NCBI RefSeq assembly: GCF_009914755.1
Contig: NC_060947.1
DNA length: 64,000 nt
From: the human T2T-CHM13v2.0 reference genome, Homo sapiens
Strand: one strand, 5' to 3'
Position numbers and translations under genes: made by a program
The notes under the pieces: generated by a model
Database searches by the model: none
The model's input: only the letters and a program-made list of their open reading frames with translations
What the model was told of the DNA's origin: nothing
Part shown: positions 18,823-39,031 of the stretch, piece by piece
How the letters are laid out: every line of letters begins with the position of its first letter
How positions within the stretch are numbered: position 1 is the stretch's first letter

Positions 18823-19250
18823 TCAAGCAGGTAAAATAAAATAAAGCCTGAGAGATGTCCACTAGATTTGAGGATTAGAAGGTCACTAGTGACTTTACAG
18901 GGGGAAATCTCAGTAAAGCAACACGGTAGAAGTCACACTACATAAACCGAAAAATGATTTTGAAGATGGAGAAACACAAATTTCAACTAAGAGCTCTACC
19001 CAAGGAAATAAGTTCAAGTTGCAACAGGTAGAAGCAGAAATTTACACTGAAGAAATAACCTGAATATGCAATCAGAACTAGTGGCTTACAAAAAAGATAG
19101 TTGCTTGTATTGGCCTAGCACTACAATGACCAAATAAATCACATCTTTAGGAAGGAAGGAAAAGCAACAGATTTGTTCAAATACATTGTTTAAGCAATAA
19201 AAACATAATCAAAAGGTTAATTTATATAATAAATATGGTAAAGCACTTAC

Positions 19251-19404
19251 ACTTTATCCCCAATTTCCTCTGCCATTCGAAGAATTTCAAAGAGAAGTAC
19301 CATTTTCCCAGAATGCTCTAAAACCTCAGCATCAGCATCTGTAACAAAATCTTTGTACCAGTCTGGAGCTGGGCTGCTTGGATTAGAAGAAGAAGTAGCT
19401 TTAC
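19251..19404 (-). CDS. ATRX: ATRX coding exon (~exon 26), 154 nt
   Basis: atttag|GTAAAGCT...GATAAAGT|gtaagt; KATSSSNPSSPAPDWYKDFVTDADAEVLEHSGKMVLLFEILRMAEEIGDK(V). Confidence 0.97.
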
Positions 19405-21797
19405 CTAAATAAGACAAATGGAACATAAGTAGGTAAATTAGAAAAGAAATGGAAAGAGAGCAAGAGAGACAGAAAAAGACCTACCCATGGGGAGAGTAAG
19501 AAAGAAACTGATGGGGACTTGGGAGAGGGGAGGGAAAAAAGAGAAAGGCAGGCACACGCACATACAGCACAGAAGGACAGAGACTATCCCAGAAGAGTGA
19601 GCTCTAGATAGAAAAAGAGAAAGGAAGGAGATGCCAAATAAGAGAACAAGCAAGAGATTGACTCTGAGAGAGTGCAAGTGTAAGAGACAAACCCTCGGGG
19701 TAGGAGTGGAGCTCAGAAAGACAGAGACCCAAAGAGAAGAGAAACCATCCCCTTCCCACCAGGCCCTAAGAGAGTAAAATGCCCCCAAACATACTCCATG
19801 AGACAGGAATCAACAGAGATGGAAAGGCTCAGTTACCACGAGAGAAAAGACCTTGGGGGTAGAAAACATTTCACTGTGCTACTAGGATCTGGAAACCGCC
19901 AACAAGAATTGACCCCAGAATCAGCATATCATATTAAATGATTTCGTTCTTATATATTTTCCCCACAAACTTTGACTATGAAAGGTGGAAGGAGAAAGTA
20001 GCATAAAATAATTTATTAAAAGATTTAAACATAGTTTGATTCAAAATAAGAAATATGCAGGTTTAGCATGTTTATACACTTTCTCAATTGCTTTTTAATG
20101 CAAAGTATTTTAAAATATATTTTTGTTACAAAAATTTAAATGCTCAGAAAAGTATGTAAGATATAAGAAACAAATGTGCTTCCACATTCCATCTTCATCA
20201 AATTTTAACACTGTTAAAACTTCGGATGAAGCTGAAGCCTAATATATGATCCTACATGATCCCATTCTCTTTCCTTCCTTCCTTTCCAATAGGTAACTAA
20301 ACCCCTAAATTATATATTTACCATTTTTTGCAGTGTTTTATGTTTTTTACTGCATGTGTATCACTAAACTGTACAAATGGCTATACTGTTTGTAAAATCC
20401 TACAAATTACTTTTTCACTCAAAGCGAGATTTACTCATGCTTGACATGGAGCTCCCGTTCAATCATTCTAACTACCATGTAGTATTCCACTGCATGAATA
20501 CACTATCATTTATTAGTTCTCCTCATAGACATCTAGATTGTTTCTTGTTTTTGGCTAATATGAAATAACTGCAACGAATGCTCATTGCTGAGTATATTTT
20601 TCTTAAATATTGTGTATTTTAAGTTTTAAATTTTCTGGCATAAAGTTATGATTAGGAATTTTAAAAATATCATTTTAGACATACTTATAGTCTTTATCAA
20701 ATACTTCTATTATCAGAAGTTCTTGAGAATCTAATCATGCCATTTATTTTGTATGCTAACTTTCCTCAGGTTGACTACTAATACTTTCTGTTCCTAGCTT
20801 TTCCTAAGGTTATTTTCTCAGGTGTAGCTACAATCTGTGAAATTTCTGGGTAGCCTTGGTTAAGGTCATATATCTCCAGAGTGATTCTACATTTGCTTCT
20901 ACCAGGTCTCCAGGGAATCACCAACTCAGAATTACTTGTGAAGTTAATATTTCAGTTTCGGATCTTTTAGACTATATGAGTAATATAAATTCAAACCATA
21001 AAGTATGTGAGGTGAAGGCCATGACCGTAAATTCAATGTAACTATTTTTCCCAACCAAGAGCCCTGGCTGAAATAGATAAGCTTCCTTGTCAACTCCCTG
21101 GATTGTCGATGGGATTGTAAACTTTAAAGGGATTCAGCTTTGAGAAGGGGTCACAGAACTCTCCAACTTATAGAGGGCTCGAAGTCTCAAATCCTGTCCC
21201 TGGATAAATGAAAATCAAAGCTGCTAGTCTCAAGACTAGCATCTCCCTAGGATTTCCATAGCATACCTTCTTCAATTTACCATTTAGGCTTATCAGTTCC
21301 CTCCTTATGTCTGGGCATATAGTAAGCACTTTATAAATATCTGTTGAGTGAATAAATATGGTATATTAGTACTAATATTACGGCTCTACATCATATACAA
21401 GGATTCTGTCACAAAACTTTATATCCATACAATTACATACGTTTTAAAATGCAAATGCTTACCAATGAAGCTTACTCTAAAAATACTTAAGTAATAATAA
21501 ATCTAACACTTTGAAGTAATTTACATAGTCATTTCGTGATCATGAACTCTCCTTCTAATAAAAAACATTTAAAACACAGAAATGGGGATGATGTAAGCTA
21601 AACTTAAATGACTCATTCAAGATGCTGCTTCTCAGAAAAACGAGACAGCTACTACAAAAGGATTAAAGCAAACAGTAACTCTTTGACGTGAAAATAAAAT
21701 ATGTGGCAAAAATCATATTGTAGCTCAATTATAGGTAATTAATTATTTAATATCCATTTCAAATTCCAGGTACAACATTGTTAACCCTTTAATACTT

Positions 21798-21850
21798 CCT
21801 TCAGATTATGAGACCGATGTGCTGCCTACTGCGCTAAGGAGGCAGACTAG
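21798..21850 (-). pseudogene. Tailless retropseudogene of the 5' part of elongator tRNA-Met(CAT) plus a 7-nt putative leader
   Basis: Minus strand reads GCCTCCTTAGCGCAGTAGGCAGCACATCGGTCTCATAATCTGAAGG: D arm and CAT anticodon present, no T arm or 3' acceptor strand. Flanked by 16-bp direct repeats 21785-21800 and 21851-21866 (1 mismatch). Confidence 0.88.
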
Positions 21851-22892
21851 CCCCTTAATACTTCCTATTCAGATTTTCTTATATTTACTGTAAGAAAGTC
21901 ATTTTTTTTAAAGTTATACAATACCAGCTACGTATGTCCATACATTATGATATACTCCATTTTATATGGAGTTAATTTAGATGCAAAGAAAAAAATAAAT
22001 TTTATTATCTATTAGTTCTGGAGAATGCTTCTAATATACTATACACGTATATAAGCTACAAAAATATATAAAATATATCCATATACAAATGACTTATATT
22101 TGACTGCACACAACTAAAATGAAACAAAAATCCTAGACAAGTGGTCAAAATTTGTCTTTTGGAACTGATGGCCTTCCCTGTGTGTTTTTGGGCTCACAAC
22201 ATGTAGCCTCCTACATTCTGCCCCCAGTGCTTTCCAACCCATTCACATTATGGCATATGTAAAAAACGTTAATGCTTATATAGCATACCAGGAAAAAGAG
22301 AAGAGACTACTCATTTATGGAGGCAAACCAGCTGCCTCAGATTCTAATTGTATTCCCAAGTGACAAAGGATCAATATCTCAGTACACTTTAAAAAAAAAA
22401 TCTCAGTATACTCTTACGTAACCCATTTATAGCACAGGATGATGCACACTGACTGGTCTACTCTTCTGCTCCTGTTAGCCATAAGTTATGAGAAAAAATT
22501 CAACAAGAGTATTTTAAGAAAATAATTTCCAGGAACATGTAAACTTTATATATTTTTAATTATGAGATGAGAGACTGAGGAATTTATGTGGAAAAGGCAG
22601 ATTGGGGCAGCAGCAGCAGGGAAGGAGATACAGGAACTTCTCATTGCCTTAAATTACACTATAATAATTTATTATTCTGATAAAAATATTCTTTATATCT
22701 ATCCAGAAGATGAACATTGATAGTAAACTGTTTTATGGGGTAACAGAAGAGAAGAATGAGAAGAGAAATTTTGTAGTTTAATTTTTACTATTCCCCTGAT
22801 TTCTTAAGAGAAGTCAGAGTCTACTGTTAGACTGCCATCTGTCTATTCCATGGAGGTACTGAAGAGAGAAATGTTTATAAAGAAATCACCGA

Positions 22893-24020
22893 GTCAGAAA
22901 GAATTTATGACTAATTCCTCAAAAACAATTGCAACAGAAACAAAAATTGACAACTGGGACCTAATTAAACTAAAGAGCTTCTGCACAGCAAAAACAAAAA
23001 ACAAACAAACAAACAAAAAAACAAAAACACAAAATAACAAAAAAAAAACTATCAACAGAGTAAACAGACAACTTACAGAATGAGAGAAAATACTCACAAA
23101 CTATGTATCCAACAATGAATATCCAGAATCTATAAGGAACTTAATTCAACAGCAAAAAAACAAGTAACTCCATTAAAAAGTGGGCAAAAGACAAGAACAG
23201 ATACTTCTCAAAAGAGAACATACAAGCAGCCAACAAACATGAAAAATGCTCATCATCATTAACCACAGGAGAAATGCAAATCCAAACCACAATGAGACAC
23301 AATCTCACACCAGTCAGAATGGCTATTATTAAAAAGTCAAAAAACAGCAGATGCTGGAGAAGGGGCAAAGAAAAGGGAACATTTATGTTGGTGGGATTGT
23401 AAATTAGTTCACCGCCTATGGAAGGCAGTTTAGAGATTTCTCAAAGAACTTAAAGCAGAACTGCAATTTGACCCAGCAATCTCATTACAAGTATAAAACA
23501 AAAGGAAAATAAATCTGCCAGAAAGACACATGCACTCATATATTTATTACAGCACTATTCACAACAGCAAAAACATGGAATCAACCCAGGTGCCCATCAA
23601 CAGTGGATTGGATAGAGAAAATGTGGTACATATAAACCATAGAATATACACAGCCACAATAAAGAACAAAATCATGTCCTTTGCAGCAACAGGGATACAG
23701 CTGGAGGCCATTATATACTAAGTGAATTAACACAGAAACAGAAAACCAAATACGGCGTGTTCTTACATATAAGTAAGAGCTAAACACTGGGTACACATGG
23801 ATATAAAGAGGAGAGCGACAGACACGGAGGACTACTAGAGTGGGGAGAGAGAAAGGGGGCAAAGACTGAAAAACTAACTACTGAGTACTATGTTCAGTAC
23901 CTGGGGATGGGATCAATCATACCCCAAAGCTGAGCATCATGCAATATACCCATGTTAATCAACTAGCATATGTACCCCCGAATATAAAAGTTGAAATTAT
24001 AAAAATAAAATTAAAATAAT
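22893..24020 (+). mobile_element. 5'-truncated L1 (old L1PA-type)
   Basis: ORF2 end ([13 protein letters not shown]) and 3' UTR; TSD-like aatcaccgagt/aatcaccaagt. Confidence 0.88.
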
Positions 24021-24964
24021 TAATCACCAAGTTATTTCAGCTGTAGGCCTGAGACCAGCCAAGTTTATCTGATCACAGGATCACTAACCTAGGTGGCCCC
24101 CACAACTCTCTTCTCCTTATAGACAGTTAACTGCTTTGCTCCACAACTCCCAAATGCCAAATATTTAGAGCCACTACCTTGTTCTCTCTTCATAATCTGC
24201 TATTTCAAATAGGCAGACATTTGGTCCCAGTTTTTAAGCTCCTAGGCATACAGGCTGCACTAGTAGGATACAGTGTCTCAACACTAATCCTTCAACTTAC
24301 ATATAGGTAAAGACAACTTAAACCACTGCAGAGTTCAATCTAAGACTTCACTTTCATGCACAAGAGAGACAGAAAGAAAACAAAAGAGGTGATAGAAACT
24401 GTACATAATACACAGGAAACCTAAAGTAGATAATTGCAGATTATGAAGAATCACAAAGGAAAAACACTAAATGATTAAAATTAGTTTTACTGTATATTAC
24501 TGACTAAAAATTAACTACAATCACACTTGATTATCTGAAATGTTTCCATTTATTCCCATACAGTTAAGTGAAAATATCATGGTGGCTTTGAGATTAGACA
24601 TTTTTAGGTCTGAATACCAGTTCTCCTACTCATTTTTAAAACTATCAACTACATTGCAAGCCTGCTCAAGAATTCAGTTAGCTAACACATGTAGTGAAAA
24701 TAATAGAGTTTAGGTATATACAAGTAAATAAACATTAGTTTTTCTTTTTACCTTTCCCCCAAATACCAGAGAGCACAGAGTAGCTTGCTTATAATTAAAG
24801 ATTCATCAGATATTTACTGTAATTATGAGTACTTGATTAGACTCATCAATTGAGGAAAGATTCCTTTGAGTCAATTAGTCAGGTAAGTGACTGAAAAAAG
24901 GACTAACGACATGACATTTTCCAAATTACTGTTCCATGATAAAGGCAACATTCATTAGACTCAC

Positions 24965-25134
24965 TTTCTTCCAGTTTTAAAGAAACAGAAGGATTGTTTC
25001 CTGTTTCATCCACATTTCCTTCACCACCTCCCCGAGATCTTGAATTCCAGACCTTAATCACTTCAACATCATTGTCACTGCCACTTCCACTTGAGCTACT
25101 ATCTTTTTTCCCCTTTTTCCCTTTTTTCTTCTTT
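24965..25134 (-). CDS. ATRX: ATRX coding exon (~exon 25), 170 nt
   Basis: ttttag|AAAGAAG...GAAGAAA|gtgag; KKKKGKKGKKDSSSSGSGSDNDVEVIKVWNSRSRGGGEGNVDETGNNPSVSLKLEE(S) (overlaps ORF 24903..25160). Confidence 0.97.
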
Positions 25135-25136
25135 CT

Positions 25137-25165
25137 AAAAACAAACAAACAAACAAACAAAAAAA
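25137..25165. repeat. (GTTT)n forming the polypyrimidine tract of the exon 25 acceptor
   Basis: aaaaacaaacaaacaaacaaacaaaaaaa immediately after the acceptor ct. Confidence 0.9.
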
Positions 25166-25285
25166 CACATTCAGATTGTTAGAAAAGCATAGGAAAGATG
25201 TAAACGTCAATTATAAGAGGTCAATCAGCAAGTAGGGGTTTTAACTTTGTCAATACAGGATGGCACGAAAAAGTATTCGATTTAC

Positions 25286-25374
25286 TTTGTATAATCATCG
25301 GAGCTTAAACTCATGGAGGTTTCATCAGAATCTGAGGCTATAAATTCATCCATACTGTCTTCATCAAAATAACC
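25286..25374 (-). CDS. ATRX: ATRX coding exon (~exon 24), 89 nt
   Basis: ctctag|GGTTAT...ACAAA|gtaaa; GYFDEDSMDEFIASDSDETSMSLSSDDYT(K). Confidence 0.96.
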
Positions 25375-25509
25375 CTAGAGAAAAAAAAATGACCACTATT
25401 TTAATAGAATATCTCAACTTACACTGGAAATTATATTGATGTTCATTTAAGAATAAGTTAATTGGCACGAGCTGAGGAAGGACTGAGGAACTATTACAGA
25501 TTTTAGTAG

Positions 25510-25800
25510 ACAAAGAAGACAGGACAGATATGCTTACTAAATGCAATGGGAGGTCCTAGATTGGATCATGGAAAACAAAAAAGACATAAGTAAAAACATT
25601 GAAGAAATCCAAATAAAGTCTGCCATTTAGTTAATAGTATTGTACCAAAGTTAATTTCTTAGTTTTGATAACTTTACTATACTAATGCAACATGCTGATA
25701 TTAGAAGAAACTGGGTCAAAGGTATAGGGGAATTCTCAGAACTATTTTTGCAACTTTTCTATAAGTATAAAATTATTTCAAAATAAAAAGTTTTTTAAAA
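25510..25800 (+). mobile_element. L1MC-type 3' end in intron 23
   Basis: gttaatttcttagttttgata...tttttgcaacttttctataagtataaaattatttcaaaataaaaag. Confidence 0.75.
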
Positions 25801-25987
25801 TGGGCTCAATAAAATAACATTTAACACTCCTATAATCATAATACATGCAAGACATATAGAAATTAGAAATAAGACATAGAATAGAACAAAGCAATAGAAA
25901 ATTTGAATATACAGTCTGTAGGTCAATTTTTTGTCTAAGTTTATTCTGCTTCCAATAGATGCTTTTAAACTAAGTTACCTGACTTAC

Positions 25988-26118
25988 CTTATTTTCTTTG
26001 CTAATGTAGTCTAGCTGCAAACACCAAGGATGAGTCCATATTCTACTTAACATCTGAAAATCTTGGAAAAGCTTTGCACCTGCCTTTCCTCTTCCACCTT
26101 CACTATTATTGCCCACAC
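25988..26118 (-). CDS. ATRX: ATRX coding exon (~exon 23), 131 nt
   Basis: gatcag|GTGTGGGC...AATAAG|gtaagt; VGNNSEGGRGKAGAKLFQDFQMLSRIWTHPWCLQLDYISKENK. Confidence 0.97.
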
Positions 26119-26179
26119 CTGATCAAAAGAAATATGGTTAAAGACACAAAAATTGTCTATATCAACCAAGTTTCTAGAT

Positions 26180-26657
26180 TAGGAGTTTTAATCTTACTTG
26201 TGACATAAACACTTTTGGCAGTGTAGAGAAGCTTATAAATTCTCTTGGAATATCGTTTTGAAACACATAAAACAAATAGGATTACAAAAGAAACCCATCA
26301 TATAGAAATTATCAAAATATTAAAGAATTTGTACTACAGAAATATGTGCTTTTTAAAATTAATGCATTAAGTAACAAAATATGCACAGGTTTAATAAATA
26401 CCTAAAATTCTGAAGTATTGATAAACATAAATGATTTTGAGGTATCAGGAACAACATGTAAAAATATTTCTGATTTCTATTGGTAACAAAGTCATGGTTA
26501 TCACTAACACTACTATAGATTGTTGCCTCTATTCATCACTGGGAAAAATGCTGCTGCTTTAGCTAGAGGTTAAGGGAAATCAATATATAATTTTTTTCTT
26601 ATCCAGGTACATATAATCCCCTAAATTCTATCCATGGACCCTAGATTACAAACTCCT
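26180..26657. mobile_element. hAT-Charlie type DNA transposon remnant (MER119-like)
   Basis: Terminal inverted repeats aggagttttaatct...agattacaaactcctg; internal ttttggcagtgtagagaagc. Confidence 0.6.
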
Positions 26658-26737
26658 GTTATAAATAAACTTTGCTCCATGCAGATAGTCCTTTACTGAC
26701 TCTCGCCAACTATGCTCACTCAAAAAAATTACTTCTA

Positions 26738-27049
26738 GGCAAGTGACAGTAGCTCACACCTGTAATCACAGCACTTTGGGAGGCCGAGGCAGGAGGACCG
26801 CTTGAGGCCAGGAGTTCAAGACAGGCCTGGACAACACAGCGAGACTCTGTCTCCACCAAGAAAAACAAAAACATTAGCCAGGTATGATGGCACACACCTA
26901 TAGCCCTAGATACCCTAGATACTTGGGAGGCTGAAGTGGGAGAATCACTTGAGCCCAGGAGTTTGAGGTTACAATGAACTATGATTGCACCACAGCACTC
27001 CCGCCTGGATGAAAGAGCAAAACCTTGTCTCTTAAAAAAAAAAAAAAAA
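26738..27049 (+). mobile_element. AluJ-like
   Basis: Diverged dimeric Alu with A tail. Confidence 0.92.
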
Positions 27050-27439
27050 GACCTTCCAAAAATTATGTTTTTGATGTATAAAATGTAAATATTAGCTCTG
27101 CTCTATCCAGAATAATTTCAACAGAATTATCATTTTCCTATAAAACATAAAGAAAATGAATGCACGTTTCATTAATATAATAAAATTATCAAGAAGGTAA
27201 TATGCAAAAGAACAAAACTGATTAAAAGGAAAAAACAGCATTTAAGCAATAACATATTTTCCTATCCACGGTTTTAAACTATGTAAGTTGTTTAAATAAT
27301 TAGCAAATTTTGCCTCCACGAGTGAGAGAAAATTTAGTAGTGATATGAAACATTAATAATGCATAAAAATCTGCTGAGTATTATTTTGCCTGATAGAGGT
27401 TATTTCCATTGTGTAACAGAAATCACTGCTATGAAAATG

Positions 27440-28330
27440 AGGTATATAATTTCTCGGCATACAGCTGTTCACAATATTCACTTATAATTCTTTTTATTTC
27501 TGTAAGGTTAGTAGTGATACTCTTTCATTCCTTACTTTAGGTCATTTTTCTTTCTGTTCTTGTTTTTGTTTTTTTGATACAGGGTCTTACACTGTCACCC
27601 AGGCTGGAGTGCAGTGATGCAATCATAGCTTACTGCAACCTCGAACTCCTGCGGGCTCAAGCCATCTGCCTGCCTCAGCCTCCCAAAAGCTGGTACTACA
27701 GGCACATGCCACCAGGTTTGGCTAATTCTTTTTTTTATTTTTTGTAGAGACAGGGTCTCGCTTTGTTGACCAGGCTGTTCTTAAACTCCTAGCTTTAAAG
27801 GATTGTTCTGCCTTGGCCTCCCGAAAGGCTGGGATTAATAGGCATGACCCACTGTAGTCGGCACTTATTTTAGCTGTGCCTTTTTTTTTCATTACTTTGT
27901 AAGTGAAGGAAGGTTTGTCGATTATGTTAATCTTTTCAAAGAACCTACCTTTGGTTTCAATGATTTTCCCTACTGTTTTTCTGTTCCTCACATTTCTTTA
28001 TTATTTCCTTCCTTCTGCTTGTTTTGGGTTTAATTTGCAAAGTAGAAGGTTGAATTATAAATTTGAGATCTTTCTTCTTTTTTAATACAGGTATTTACCA
28101 CCATACATTTCTCTCTAAGTATTACTTAAGTTATATCCCATATTCTAGTACCCTGTGTTTTTGTTTTCATTAACCTCTAAGCATTTTTTAATTTCCCTTG
28201 TGATTTCTTCTTTGGTCCATTGGTTATTTAGATATATGTTGTTTAATTTACATGTATTTGTAAATTTTTAAACTTTCCTTCAGTTATTGGTTTCTAATTT
28301 CATTTGAATGTGGTTAAAGAAAATACTTTA
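27440..28330 (-). mobile_element. Old L1 ORF2 fragment containing a minus-strand AluJ (~27556-27860)
   Basis: Reverse L1 ORF2-like peptide (IETKGRFFEKINIIDKP) and a T-led Alu. Confidence 0.8.
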
Positions 28331-28334
28331 GTAA

Positions 28335-35700
<7,366 letters not shown>

Positions 35701-37132
35701 TTTTTTCTCTATACAATATCATGTCACCTGCAAACTGAAATAGTTTTACCCCTTCCATGACACTGTGGCATACTTTTAGTTTTCTGGTATAATTGTCCTG
35801 GCCAGAACCTCTAGAAAATGTTAAATATAAGAAGCAAAAGTGACATCCTTGTTTTGTTCCTGACCTCAGGAGAAAGCCATTGAGTTTTACATTTCAATTA
35901 AATTCCTCTTAATAGCATAAGACACACATCCAAAGACAAAAACTACTTAGCTGGAAGATATGTCAGAATATACTAACTTAATGCAGCAGAGTTAAAATGA
36001 TCAGGAATGTGGAAGAGATCTTGAGACGTGGTTGATGGAGTCAGAAGAGCTGATAAATGTCATATCAAAACAGAGAGAAGGGGATAGAGCCAATTTGAAG
36101 AGGTAATTTAATACACATTATAAACACAATTCTACTAATTTGAAAATATTAGAGTGTACACTAAAAAATATTTTGTGGCATTATCTTTTTGATCACATTG
36201 CTATGCATTTTCATACATATCCTTTTTATTTCACAGAAATGGGTACTATTTCATCTTTATTACATAATATATTCTATATATTCCTAAATATTAACACACA
36301 ATATTCTATGTTATAATATTTAATGTATCTTCCTGCATGGTATTAGATTATGGTGATATACCATAATATAAACTATCCCCAAAAGTTGAGGATTTGGGTT
36401 AATTTTCAATTTTTCATTATTATAAATAATGCCACAACAAGTAACAGTTCACTTTAGGTCACAAGCTGGATAATATAATTCCAGCCATTAAAAAAATAAT
36501 AAATAAATAAATATATATATATAGTATATAAACACAATGTATATGTATTGTGTGTTTATGTAGTGTGTGTTTATGACATTTAAGTGTCACACATACATTT
36601 TAAAAACTGGAAAGCAAGATATTAAATATTAAATAACTAGCAGTTCCAACTTCTAGTTTATAAGATTATAGGTAGTTTTTATTGTATTAGTGCCTTTCAA
36701 TATTTCATATATATTTCACAATGAACACACATTGCTATTTCTGTAGCCAGAAAACTAAGTTTTGAAACAAACCCTGAGATTAACATCTTTTAATATAAAT
36801 CTCTGCATACATTTCTGACCATTTCCTTTGGAAAAAAGCATACAATTGAAATTAATTTTGACGTCCCTTTCCAAATTACTGTCCAATTTATGTTACCATC
36901 AAGAGGGCTCATTTCTCTATAGCCTCAGAAACACTTAGTATCATTTTATCTTTGTAAATTTAGTAGTGTTCTGCATTTAATGGTGATTCTGACAGTACAA
37001 CCACATTTGGAAATTACTATTATACATTCTTTTCCCAGCTTGAAGTACACTATTCCAATGTTAGTCATAATATTTTTAAACACTAAATTTAACTTAATAA
37101 CTTATTGAAATAGCCAGATGAGGCTATTTCAT

Positions 37133-37480
37133 GCAAGCATGGTGGCTCACACCTGTAATCCCAGCACTTTGGGAGGCTGTGATGGGGTATCACTTGAGCC
37201 CAGAAGTTCAAGACGAGCCTGGGCAACATAGCAAGACCCCATCTCTCTATATAAAAAATGTTTAAATAAATATTTTTAATTAAAAGAAATATAATTTTAA
37301 AAAACAGCTAGAAGAGAATTTTGAATGTTCTCACCACAAAGAAATGACAAGTGTTTGAAGTGATAGTTATGCTAAATTACCCTAATTTTATCACTACACA
37401 ATGTATACATGTATCAAAATATCACTCTGTGCCCATTAATATGTACAATTACCATGTGTCAATTAAAAACAAAATGAAAC
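37133..37480 (+). mobile_element. Alu left monomer followed by L1MA 3' end
   Basis: ggtggctcacacctgtaatcccagc...; ttgaatgttctcaccacaaagaaatgac. Confidence 0.8.
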
Positions 37481-37707
37481 TTTAAAGTATTTTTCTGATT
37501 ATGGAAGTTTTACATATATGTATATTTCTTGGATTTTGTAATTTTGCAGAAATGTATATAACAAGTAAAATACAAAAGAATTAATATTTCCACCACTTAG
37601 AGAAACCCATCAAAGTTAACATTTCAGTGTCATTTCTCCATGTTCCCCTTGTCTAGTTCACTCATCTCAGGTCTCAGCTCACCCCTTACCAAAGAAAAAA
37701 ATTTGGA

Positions 37708-37835
37708 GCAATGGTTCTTAAGCTGATGGTCCATCAAAATCACCTGTAGGGCTCATAAAACTATAGATGCATCGGCCCTACTCCAGACCTTTTGAATCAA
37801 TCTCTAAAGAGTGGCACTTGGGTCCATGCATTTTT
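37708..37835. mobile_element. MER5-like hAT-Charlie MITE fragment
   Basis: caatggttcttaagct...catcaaaatcacctgtagggct...ggccctactccagacc...gaatca. Confidence 0.65.
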
Positions 37836-37921
37836 AGAGACAAAAGCATATTACTGTGCTCCATTTGGGGGTACTTTTTAAATTCTGGTAAAATATACAT
37901 TTTAAAAATTTACTGTTTTAA

Positions 37922-38160
37922 ATGAGAACACATGGACACAGGGAGGGGCACATCACATACTGGGGCCTGTTGGGGGGTGAGGGGCAAGGGGAGGAAGAGC
38001 ATTAGGACAAATACCTAATCCATGTGGGGCTTGAAAACTAGATGATGGCTTGATAGGTACAGCACACCACCATGGCACATGTATACTTACGTAACAAACC
38101 TGCACGTTCTGCACATGTATCCCAGAACTTAAAGTAAAATAAAAATAAAATAAAATAAAA
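37922..38160 (+). mobile_element. Short L1PA 3' end insertion
   Basis: cacatggacacagggagggg...acctgcacgttctgcacatgtatcccagaacttaaag, (TAAAA)n tail; 18-bp TSD aaaaatttactgttttaa at 37904-37921 and 38158-38175. Confidence 0.92.
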
Positions 38161-39031
38161 AATTTACTGTTTTAACTACCTTTTAAGTACACAATTGAGT
38201 GGCATTAAGTATAATCACAATGTTGTACAAACATCATCACTCTCTATTTCTAGAACTTTTTCATCATTCCAAACAGAACTTAGTACCCATTAACAGTAAC
38301 TTCCCATTCCCTTCGTCCCCCAGAACCTGGTAATCACCATTCTACTTTCTACTCGTAGAGTTTGGCTACTCTAGGTACCTTTAAGCAGAAGTATACAGTA
38401 TTTGCCTTTTTGTGTCTGATATATTTCACTTAGCATTAATGTCTTCAAGCTTCATCTATGTGGTAGTAAATGTCGGAATTTCCCCCCTTTATAAGGCTAA
38501 TATTCCACTGAAGTATGTCCATACCACATTTTGTTTATGCATTCATCCATCAATGGACATTTGGGTTGCTTCCACCTTTTTTTGCCATTATGAATGATGC
38601 AACTATAAACATAAGTGTCCCAGTATCTGCTTGAGTTCCTGCTTTCAATTCTTCTGGGTATACCTATAAGTGGAACTATTAGATCAAATGGTAATTCTAT
38701 GTCTAACTTTCTGAGTTACTACAATGTTTTTCCATAGTAGCCACATCATCTGACATTCCTACTAGCAATGTACAGGGTTCCACTTTCTCCACATCCTCAT
38801 AAGCACTTATTTTCCTTTTTTTTTTTTATAATGGCCACCACAATGGGTGTGAAATGGTATCTCACTGTACGTTTGATTTGCATTCCTCTAATGAGTAGAT
38901 ATGTTGAGCATTTTTTTATGTGCTTATTGGCCATTTGTATATCTTCTTTAGAGAAATGTCTATTCAAATCCTTTGCTTCTTTTTGAAACAGACTGTTTCT
39001 TTGTTGTTGAGTTGTAGGAGTTCTTTACATA

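Noticed and set aside
20730-21290. Apparently unique, moderately GC-richer segment in intron 25
   Set aside because: Resembles a very old L1M 5' region in reverse, but I cannot assign it or support a function without a Dfam search.
21798-21843. Functional tRNA-Met gene
   Set aside because: Lacks the T arm/B box and 3' acceptor strand; recorded as a retrocopy.
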